Source of the DNA: the human T2T-CHM13v2.0 reference genome, Homo sapiens
DNA: 64,000 bases
Assembly: GCF_009914755.1 (NCBI RefSeq)
Contig: NC_060934.1
Direction: 5' to 3' (one strand)
The translations under genes were made by a program, and so were the position numbers. This document shows, one piece after another, positions 27,001-38,400 of the stretch (its first letter is position 1; the number at the start of each line of letters is the position of its first letter). The notes beneath the pieces were generated by a model. It ran no database searches, had not been told where the DNA came from, and saw only the letters and a program-made list of their open reading frames with translations.

Positions 27001-30000
27001 TTCTTTTCATAGAGCAGTTTGGAAACACGCTGTTGGTAAAGCCTACAAGTGCTTTTTTGGACTTCATTGAGGCCTTCGTTGGAAACGGGATTTCTTCATA
27101 TAATGCTAGACAGAAGAATTCTCAGTAAATCCTTTGTGTTGTGTTTATTCAACTCACAGAGTGGAACCTTCCTTTATTCAGAGCAGTTTTGAAACACTCT
27201 TTTTGTGGAATTTGCAAGTGGAGATTTCAAGCGATTTGACGCCAATCTTAGACATGGAAATATCTTCATATTAAAAGTACACAGAATCATTCGTAGAAAC
27301 TAGTTTGTGATGTGTGCCTTCAAATCACAGAGTTTAACCTTTCTTTTCATAGAGCAGTTCGGAAACACTCTATTTGTAAAGTCTGCAAGTGGATATTTTG
27401 ACCTCTTTGAGGCCATCGTTGGAAAAGGGATTTCTTCATATAACGCTAGACAGAAGAATTTTCAGTAACTTCTTTGTGTTGTGTGTATTCAACTCACAGA
27501 GTTCAACTTTTCTTTAGAGAGAGCAGAGTTGAAACACTCTTTTTGTGGAATTTGCTAGTGCAGATTTCAAACGCTTCGAAGACAGTGATAGAAAAGGATA
27601 TATCTTCGTATTAAAACTAGACAAAATCATTCTCAGAAAACACTTTGTGATGTGTGTGTTCAACTCACAGAGTTTAACCTTTCTTTAATCGAGCAGTTTG
27701 GAAATACACTCTTTGTAAGTCTGCAGGTAGATAATTGGCCCTCTTTGAGCCCTTTATTGGAAACGGGATTTCCTCATATAATGCTAGACAGAAGAATTCT
27801 CAGTAACTTCTTTGTGTTGTTTGTATTCAACTCACAGATTTGAACCTTCCTTTAGAGAGAGCAGATTTGAAACACTCTGTTTTTGGAATTTGCAAGTGCA
27901 GATTTCAAGCGCTTCTAGGCCTATGACAGAAAAGGAAATATCTTCGTATAAAAACTACACAGAATCATTCTCAACAACTACTTTGTGATGTTTGCGTTCA
28001 ACTCACAGAGTTTAACCTTTCTTTTCATAGAGCAGTTTGGAAACACTCTGTTTGTAAAGCCTGCAAGTGCTTTTTTGGACTTCATTGAGACCTTCGTTGG
28101 AAACGGGATTTCTTCATACAACGCTAGACAGAAGAATTCTCAGTAACTTCTTTGTGTTGTGTGTATTCAACTCACTGATTTGAACCTTCCTTTAGAGAGA
28201 GCAGATTTGAAACACTCTGTTTTTGGAATTTGCAAGTGCAGATTTTAAGCGCTTCTAGGCCTATGGCAGAAAAGGAAATATCTTCGTATAAAAACTACAC
28301 AGAATCATTCTCAACAACTACTTTGTGATGTGCGCGTTCAACTCACAGAGTTTAACCTTTCTTTTCATAGAGCAGTTTGGAAACACTCTGTTTGTAAAGC
28401 CTGCAAGTGCTTTTTTGGACCTCATTGAGGCCTTCGTTGGAAACGGGAGTTCTTCTTATAATGCTACACAGAAGAATTCTCAGTAAATCCTTTGTGTTGT
28501 GTTTATTCAACTCACAGAGTGGAACCTTCCTTTATTCAGAGCAGTTTTGAAACACTCTTTTTGTGGAATTTGCAAGTGGAGATTTCAAGCGATTTGACGC
28601 CAATCTTAGACATGGAAATATCTTCATATTAAAAGTACACAGAATCATTCGTAGAAACTAGTTTGTGATGTGTGCCTTCAACTCACAGAGTTTAACCTTT
28701 CTTTTCATAGAGCAGTTCGGAAACACTCTATTTGTAAAGTCTGCAAGTGGATATTTGGACCTCTTTGAGGCCTTCGTTGGAAAAGGGATTTCTTCATATA
28801 ACGCTAGACAGAAGAATTCTCAGTAACTTCTTTGTGTTGTGTGTATTCAACTCACAGAGCTGAACCTTTCTTGAGAGAGAGCAGAGTTGAAACACTCTTT
28901 TTGTGGAATTTGCTAGTGCAGATTTCAAACGCTTCGAAGACAGTGATAGAAAAGGATATATCTTCGTATTAAAACTAGACAAAATCATTCTCAGAAAACA
29001 CTTTGTGATGTGTGTGTTCAACTCACAGAGTTTAACCTTTCTTTAATCGAGCAGTTTGGAAATACACTCTTTGTAAAGTCCGCAAGTGGATATTTGGACC
29101 TCTTTGAGGCCTTCGTTGGAAACGGGATTTCTTCATACATCGCTAGACAGAAGAATTCTCAGTCACTTCTTTGTGTTGTGTGTATTCAAGTCACAGAGTT
29201 GAACCTTCCTTTAGACAGAGCAGTTTTGAAAAATTCTTTCTGTGTAATTTGCAAGTGGAGATTTCAAGCGATTTGAGGCTAATCTTTGAAATGGAAATAT
29301 CTTCGTGTAAAAACTACACAGAATCATTCTCAGAAACTGCTTTGTCATCTGTGCGTTCAGTTCACAGAGTTTCACCTTTCTCTTCATAGAGCAGTTTGGA
29401 AAGACTCTGTCTGTAAAGTCTGCAAGTGATTAGTTAGACCCCTTTGAGGCCTTCGTTGGAAGCGGGATTTCTCATTTACTGCTAGACAGAAGAATTCTCA
29501 GTAAATCCTTTGTGTTGTGTGTATTCAACTCACAGAGTGGAACCTTCCTTTATTCAGAGCAGTTTTGAAACACTCTTTTTGTGCAATTTGCAAGTGGAGA
29601 TTTCAAGCGATTTGACGCCAATCTTAGACATGGAAATATCTTCATATTAAAAGTACACAGAGTCATTCGTAGAAACTAGTTTGTGATGTGTGCCTTCAAC
29701 TCACAGAGTTTAACCTTTCTTTTCATAGAGCAGTTGGGAAACACTCTATTTGTAAAGTCTGCAAGTGGATATTTGGACCTCTTTGAGGCCTTCGTTGGAA
29801 ACGGGATTTCTTCATATAACGCTAGACAGAAGAATTCTCAGTAACTTCTTTGTGTTGTGTGTATTCAACTCACAGAGTTGAACCTTTCTTTAGAGGGAGC
29901 AGAGGTGAAACACTCTTTTTGTGGAATTTGCTAGTGTAGATTTCAAACGCTTCGAAGACAGTGATAGAAAAGGATATATCTTCGTATTAAAAGTAGACAA

Positions 30001-32490
30001 AATCATTCTCAGAAAACTCTTTGTGATTTGTGTGTTCAACTCACAGAGTTTAACCTTTCTTTTCATAGAGCAGTTTGGAAACACTCTGTTTGTAAAGCCT
30101 GCAAGTGCTTTTTTGGACTTCATTGAGGCCTTCGTTGGAAACGGGATTTCTTCATACAACGCTAGACAGAAGAATTCTCAGTAACTTCTTTGTGTTGTGT
30201 GTATTCAACTCACAGAGTTGAACCTTTCTTTAGAGAGAGCAGAGTTGAAACACTCTGTTTTTGGAATTTGCAATTGCAGATTTCATGCGCTTCTAGGCCT
30301 ATGGCAGAAAAGGAAATATCTTCGTATAAAAACTACACAGAATCATTCTCAACAACTACTTTGTGATGTGTGCGTTCAACTCACAGAGTTTAACCTTTCT
30401 TTTCATAGAGCAGTTTGGAAACACTCTGTTTGTAAAGCCTGCAAGTGCTTTTTTGGACTTCATTGAGGCCTTCGTTGGAAACGGGATTTCTTCATACAAC
30501 GCTAGACAGAAGAATTCTCAGTAACTTCTTTGTGTTGTGTGTATTCAACTCACAGAGTTGAACCTTCCTTTAGAGAGAGCAGAGTTGAAACACTCTGTGT
30601 TTGGAATTTGCAAGTGCAGATTTCAAGCGCTTCTAGGCCTATGGCAGAAAAGGAAATATCTTCGTATAAAAACTACACAGAATCATTCTCAACAACTACT
30701 TTGTGATGTGTGCGTTCAACTCACAGAGTTTAACCTTTCTTTTCATAGAGCAGTTTGGAAACACTCTGTTTGTAAAGCCTGCAAGTGCTTTTTTGGACTT
30801 CATTGAGGCCTTCGTTGGAAACGGGATTTCTTCATACAACGCTAGACAGAAGAATTCTCAGTAACTTCTTTGTGTTGTGTGTATTCAACTCACAGAGTTG
30901 AACCTTCCTTTAGAGAGAGCAGAGTTGAAACACTCTGTTTTTGGAATTTGCAAGTGCAGATTTCAAGCGCTTCTAGGCCTATGGCAGAAAAGGAAATATC
31001 TTCGTATAAAAACTACACAGAATCATTCTCAACAACTACTTTGTGATGTGTGCGTTCAACTCACAGAGTTTAGCCTTTCTTTTCATAGAGCAGTTTGGAA
31101 ACACTCTGTTTGTAAAGCCTGCAAGTGCTTTTTTGGACTTCATTGAGGCCTTCGTTGGAAACGGGATTTCTTCATATAATGCTAGACAGAAGAATTCTCA
31201 GTCACTTCTTTGTGTTGTGTGTATTCAAGTCACAGAGTTGAACCTTCCTTTAGACAGAGCAGTTTTGAAAAATTCTTTCTGTGGAGTTTGCAAGTGGAGA
31301 TTTCAAGCGATTTGAGGCTAATCTTTGAAATGGAAATATCTTCGTGTAAAAACTACACAGAATCATTCTCAGAAACTGCTTTGTCATCTGTGCGTTCAGT
31401 TCACAGAGTTTCACCTTTCTCTTCATAGAGCAGTTTGGAAAGACTCTGTCTGTAAAGTCTGCAAGTGATTAGTTAGACCCCTTTGAGGCCTTCGTTGGAA
31501 GCGGGATTTCTCATTTACTGCTAGACAGAAGAATTCTCAGTAAATCCTTTGTGTTGTGTGTATTCAACTCACAGAGTGGAACCTTCCTTTATTCAGAGCA
31601 GTTTTGAAAAACACTTTTCGTGGAATTTGCAAGTGGAGATTTCAAGCGATTTGACGCCAATCTTAGACATGGAAATATCTTCATATTAAAAGTACACAGA
31701 GTCATTCGTAGAAACTAGTTTGTGATGTGTGCCTTCAACTCACAGAGATTAACCTTTCTTTTCATAGAGCAGTTTGGAAACACTCTATTTGTAAAGTCTG
31801 CAAGTGGATATTTGGACCTCTTTGAGGCCTTCGTTGGAAACGGGATTTCTTCATACAACGCTAGACAGAAGAATTCTCAGTAACTTCTTTGTGTTGTGTG
31901 TATTCAACTCACAGAGTTGAAACTTTCTTTAGAGAGAGCAGAGTTGAAACACTCTGGTTTTGGAATTTGCAACTGCAGATTTCAAGCGATTCTAGGCCTA
32001 TGGCAGAAAAGGAAATATCTTCGTATAAAAACGACACAGAATCATTCTCAACAACTACTTTGTGATGTGTGTGTTCAACTCACAGAGTTTAACCTTTCTT
32101 TTCATAGAGCAGTTTGGAAACACTCTGTTTGTAAAGCCTGAAAGTGCTTTTTTGGACTTCATTGAGGCCTTCGTTGGAAACGGGATTTCTTCATACAACG
32201 CTAGACAGAAGAATTCTCAGTAACTTCTTTGTGTTGTGTGTATTCAACTCACAGAGTTGAACCTTTCTTTAGAGAGAGCAGAGTTGAAACACTCTGTTTT
32301 TGGAATTTGCAAGTGCAGATTTCAAGCGCTTCTAGGCCTATGGCAGAAAAGGAAATATCTTCGTATAAAAACTACACAGAATCATTCTGAACAACTACTT
32401 TGTGATGTGTGCGTTCAACTCACAGAGTTTAACCTTTCTTTTCATAGAGCAGTTTGGAAACACTCTGTTTGTAAAGCCTGCAAGTGCTTC

Positions 32491-35400
32491 TTTGGACTTC
32501 ATTGAGGCCTTCGTTGGAAACGGGATTTCTTCATATAATGCTAGACAGAAGAATTCTCAGTCACTTCTTTGTGTTGTGTGTATTCAAGTCACAGAGTTAA
32601 AACTTCCTTTAGACAGAGCAGTTTTGAAAAATTCTTTCTGTGGAATTTGCAAGTGGAGATTTCAAGCGATTTGAGGCTAATCTTTGAAATGGAAATATCT
32701 TCGTGTAAAAACTACACAGAATCATTCTCAGAAACTGCTTTGTCATCTGTGCGTTCAGTTCACAGAGTTTCACCTTTCTCTTCATAGAGCAGTTTGGAAA
32801 GACTCTGTCTGTAAAGTCTGCAAGTGATTAGTTAGACCCCTTTGAGGCCTTCGTTGGAAGCGGGATTTCTCATTTACTGCTAGACAGAAGAATTCTCAGT
32901 AAATCCTTTGTGTTGTGTGTATTCAACTCACAGAGTGGAACCTTCCTTTATTCAGAGCAGTTTTGAAACACTCTTTTTGTGCAATTTGCAAGTGGAGATT
33001 TCAAGCGATTTGACGCCAATCTTAGACATGGAAATATCTTCATATTAAAAGTACACAGAGTCATTCGTAGAAACTAGTTTGTGATGTGTGCCTTCAACTC
33101 ACAGAGTTTAACCTTTCTTTTCATAGAGCAGTTTGGAAACACTCTATTTGTAAAGTCTGCAAGTGGATATTTGGACCTCTTTGAGGTCTTCGTTGGAAAC
33201 GGGATTTCTTCATATAACGCTAGACAGAAGAATTCTCAGTAACTTCTTTGTGTTGTGTGTATTCAACTCACAGAGTTGAACCTTTCTTTAGAGGGAGCAG
33301 AGGTGAAACACTCTTTTTGTGGAATTTGCTAGTGTAGATTTCAAACGCTTCGAAGACAGTGATAGAAAAGGATATATCTTCGTATTAAAAGTAGACAAAA
33401 TCATTCTCAGAAAACTCTTTGTGATGTGTGTGTTCAACTCACAGAGTTTAACCTTTCTTTTCATAGAGCAGTTTGGAAACACTCTGTTTGTAAAGCCTGC
33501 AAGTGCTTTTTTGGGCTTCATTGAGGCCTTCGTTGGAAACGGGATTTCTTCATACAACGCTAGACAGAAGAATTCTCAGTAACTTCTTTGTGTTGTGTGT
33601 ATTCAACTCACAGAGTTGAACCTTTCTTTAGAGAGAGCAGAGTTGAAACACTCTGTTTTTGGAATTTGCAATTGCAGATTTCAAGCGCTTCTAGGCCTAT
33701 GGCAGAAAGGGAAATATCTTCGTATAAAAACTACACAGAATCATTCTCAACAACTACTTTGTGATGTGTGCGTTCAACTCACAGAGTTTAACCTTTCTTT
33801 TCATAGAGCAGTTTGGAAACACTCTGTTTGTAAAGCCTGCAAGTGCTTTTTTGGACTTCATTGAGGCCTTCGTTGGAAACGGGATTTCTTCATACAACGC
33901 TAGACAGAAGAATTCTCAGTAACTTCTTTGTGTTGTGTGTATTCAACTCACAGAGTTGAACCTTCCTTTAGAGAGAGCAGAGTTGAAACACTCTGTTTTT
34001 GGAATTTGCAAGTGCAGATTTCAAGCGCTTCTAGGCCTATGGCAGAAAAGGAAATATCTTCGTATAAAAACTACACAGAATCATTCTCAACAACTACTTT
34101 GTGATGTGTGCGTTCAACTCACAGAGTTTAACCTTTCTTTTCATAGAGCAGTTTGGAAACACTCTGTTTGTAAAGCCTGCAAGTGCTTTTTTGGACTTCA
34201 TTGAGGCCTTCGTTGGAAACGGGATTTCTTCATATAATGCTAGACAGAAGAATTCTCAGTCACTTCTTTGTGTTGTGTGTATTCACGTCACAGAGTTGAA
34301 CCTTCCTTTAGACAGAGCAGTTTTGAAAAATTCTTTCTGTGGAGTTTGCAAGTGGAGATTTCAAGCGATTTGAGGCTAATCTTTGAAATGGAAATATCTT
34401 CGTGTAAAAACTACACAGAATCATTCTCAGAAACTGCTTTGTCATCTGTGCGTTCAGTTCACAGAGTTTCACCTTTCTCTTCATAGAGCAGTTTGGAAAG
34501 ACTCTGTCTGTAAAGTCTGCAAGTGATTAGTTAGACCCCTTTGAGGCCTTCGTTGGAAGCGGGATTTCTCATTTACTGCTAGACAGAAGAATTCTCAGTA
34601 AATCCTTTGTGTTGTGTGTATTCAACTCACAGAGTGGAACCTTCCTTTATTCAGAGCAGTTTTGAAAAACACTTTTTGTGGAATTTGCAAGTGGAGATTT
34701 CAAGCGATTTGACGCCAATCTTAGACATGGAAATATCTTCATATTAAAAGTACACAGAGTCATTCGTAGAAACTAGTTTGTGATGTGTGCCTTCAACTCA
34801 CAGAGTTTAACCTTTCTTTTCATAGAGCAGTTTGGAAACACTCTATTTGTAAAGTCTGCAAGTGGATATTTGGACCTCTTTGAGGCCTTCGTTGGAAACG
34901 GGATTTCTTCATACAACGCTAGACAGAAGAATTCTCAGTAACTTCTTTGTGTTGTGTGTATTCAACTCACAGAGTTGAACCTTTCTTTAGAGAGAGCAGA
35001 GTTGAAACACTCTGTTTTTGGAATTTGCAACTGCAGATTTCAAGCGATTCTAGTCCTATGGCAGAAAAGGAAATATCTTCGTATAAAAACTACACAGAAT
35101 CATTCTCAACAACTACTTTGTGATGTGTGCGTTCAACTCACAGAGTTTAACCTTTCTTTTCATAGAGCAGTTTGGAAACACTCTGTTTGTAAAGCCTGCA
35201 AGTGCTTTTTTGGACTTCATTGAGGCCTTCGTTGGAAACGGGATTTCTTCATATAATGCTAGACAGAAGAATTCTCAGTCACTTCTTAGTGTTGTGTGTA
35301 TTCAAGTCACAGAGTTGAACCTTCCTTTAGACAGAGCAGTTTTGAAAAATTCTTTCTGTGTAATTTGCAAGTGGAGATTTCAAGCGATTTGAGGCTAATC

Positions 35401-38400
35401 TTTGAAATGGAAATATCTTCGTGTAAAAACTACACAGAATCATTCTCAGAAACTGCTTTGTCATCTGTGCGTTCAGTTCACAGAGTTTCACCTTTCTCTT
35501 CATAGAGCAGTTTGGAAAGACTCTGTCTGTAAAGTCTGCAAGTGATTAGTTAGACCCCTTTGAGGCCTTCGTTGGAAGCGGGATTTCTCATTTACTGCTA
35601 GACAGAAGAATTCTCAGTAAATCCTTTGTGTTGTGTGTATTCAACTCACAGAGTGGAACCTTCCTTTATTCAGAGCAGTTTTGAAACACTCTTTTTGTGC
35701 AATTTGCAAGTGGAGATTTCAAGCGATTTGACGCCAATCTTAGACATGGAAATATCTTCATATTAAAAGTACACAGAGTCATTCGTAGAAACTAGTTTGT
35801 GATGTGTGCCTTCAACTCACAGAGTTTAACCTTTCTTTTCATAGAGCAGTTGGGAAACACTCTATTTGTAAAGTCTGCAAGTGGATATTTGGACCTCTTT
35901 GAGGCCTTCGTTGGAAACGGGATTTCTTCATATAACGCTAGACAGAAGAATTCTCAGTAACTTCTTTGTGTTGTGTGTATTCAACTCACAGAGTTGAACC
36001 TTTCTTTAGAGGGAGCAGAGGTGACACACTCTTTTTGTGGAATTTGCTAGTGTAGATTTCAAACGCTTCGAAGACAGTGATAGAAAAGGATATATCTTCG
36101 TATTAAAAGTAGACAAAATCATTCTCAGAAAACTCTTTGTGATTTGTGTGTTCAACTCACAGAGTTTAACCTTTCTTTTCATAGAGCAGTTTGGAAACAC
36201 TCTGTTTGTAAAGCCTACAAGTGCTTTTTTGGACTTCATTGAGGCCTTCGTTGGAAACGGGATTTCTTCATACAACGCTAGACAGAAGAATTCTCAGTAA
36301 CTTCTTTGTGTTGTGTGTATTCAACTCACAGAGTTGAATCTTCCTTTAGAGAGAGCAGAGTTGAAACACTCTGTTTTTGGAATTTGCAAGTGCAGATTTC
36401 AAGCGCTTCTAGGCCTATGGCAGAAAAGGAAATATCTTCGTATAAAAACTACACAGAATCATTCTCAACAACTACTTTGTGATGTGTGCGTTCAACTCAC
36501 AGAGTTTAACCTTTCTTTTCATAGAGCAGTTTGGAAACACTCTGTTTGTAAAGCCTGCAAGTGCTTTTTTGGACTTCATTGAGGCCTTCGTTGGAATCGG
36601 GATTTCTTCATATAATGCTAGACAGAAGAATTCTCAGTCACTTCTTTGTGTTGTGTGTATTCAAGTCACAGAGTTGAACCTTCCTTTAGACAGAGCAGTT
36701 TTGAAAAATTCTTTCTGTGGAGTTTGCAAGTGGAGATTTCAAGCGATTTGAGGCTAATCTTTGAAATGGAAATATCTTCGTGTAAAAACTACACAGAATC
36801 ATTCTCAGAAACTGCTTTGTCATCTGTGCGTTCAGTTCACAGAGTTTCACCTTTCTCTTCATAGAGCAGTTTGGAAAGACTCTGTCTGTAAAGTCTGCAA
36901 GTGATTAGTTAGACCCCTTTGAGGCCTTCGTTGGAAGCGGGATTTCTCATTTACTGCTAGACAGAAGAATTCTCAGTAAATCCTTTGTGTTGTGTGTATT
37001 CAACTCACAGAGTGGAACCTTCCTTTATTCAGAGCAGTTTTGAAAAACACTTTTTGTGGAATTTGCAAGTGGAGATTTCAAGCGATTTGACGCCAATCTT
37101 AGACATGGAAATATCTTCATATTAAAAGTACACAGAGTCATTCGTAGAAACTAGTTTGTGATGTGTGCCTTCAACTCACAGAGTTTAACCTTTCTTTTCA
37201 TAGAGCAGTTTGGAAACACTCTATTTGTAAAGTCTGCAAGTGGATATTTGGACCTCTTTGAGGCCTTCGTTGGAAACGGGATTTCTTCATACAACGCTAG
37301 ACAGAAGAATTCTCAGTAACTTCTTTGTGTTGTGTGTATTCAACTCACAGAGTTGAACCTTTCTTTAGAGAGAGCAGAGTTGAAACACTCTGTTTTTGGA
37401 ATTTGCAACTGCAGATTTCAAGCGATTCTAGGCCTATGGCAGAAAAGGAAATATCTTCGTATAAAAACTACACAGAATCATTCTCAACAACTACTTTGTG
37501 ATGTGTGCGTTCAACTCACAGAGTTTAACCTTTCTTTTCATAGAGCAGTTTGGAAACACTCTGTTTGTAAAGCCTGCAAGTGCTTTTTTGGACTTCATTG
37601 AGGCCTTCGTTGGAAACGGGATTTCTTCATATAATGCTAGACAGAAGAATTCTCAGTCACTTCTTTGTGTTGTGTGTATTCAAGTCACAGAGTTGAACCT
37701 TCCTTTAGACAGAGCAGTTTTGAAAAATTCTTTCTGTGTAATTTGCAAGTGGAGATTTCAAGCGATTTGAGGCTAATCTTTGAAATGGAAATATCTTCGT
37801 GTAAAAACTACACAGAATCATTCTCAGAAACTGCTTTGTCATCTGTGCGTTCAGTTCACAGAGTTTCACCTTTCTCTTCATAGAGCAGTTTGGAAAGACT
37901 CTGTCTGTAAAGTCTGCAAGTGATTAGTTAGACCCCTTTGAGGCCTTCGTTGGAAGCGGGATTTCTCATTTACTGCTAGACAGAAGAATTCTCAGTAAAT
38001 CCTTTGTGTTGTGTGTATTCAACTCACAGAGTGGAACCTTCCTTTATTCAGAGCAGTTTTGAAACACTCTTTTTGTGCAATTTGCAAGTGGAGATTTCAA
38101 GCGATTTGACGCCAATCTTAGACATGGAAATATCTTCATATTAAAAGTACACAGAGTCATTCGTAGAAACTAGTTTGTGATGTGTGCCTTCAACTCACAG
38201 AGTTTAACCTTTCTTTTCATAGAGCAGTTGGGAAACACTCTATTTGTAAAGTCTGCAAGTGGATATTTGGACCTCTTTGAGGCCTTCGTTGGAAACGGGA
38301 TTTCTTCATATAACGCTAGACAGAAGAATTCTCAGTAACTTCTTTGTGTTGTGTGTATTCAACTCACAGAGTTGAACCTTTCTTTAGAGGGAGCAGAGGT

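Larger units (their letters stand above)
1..29152 (+). repeat. Left domain: heterogeneous mosaic of ABCD, ABC and ACD units
   Basis: Many private substitutions and 1-4 bp indels (near 2370, 13963, 14480, 15328, 22285, 24347). The D second monomer (TTTAATCGAGCAG) is present. Several CENP-B boxes are mutated. Confidence 0.85.
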
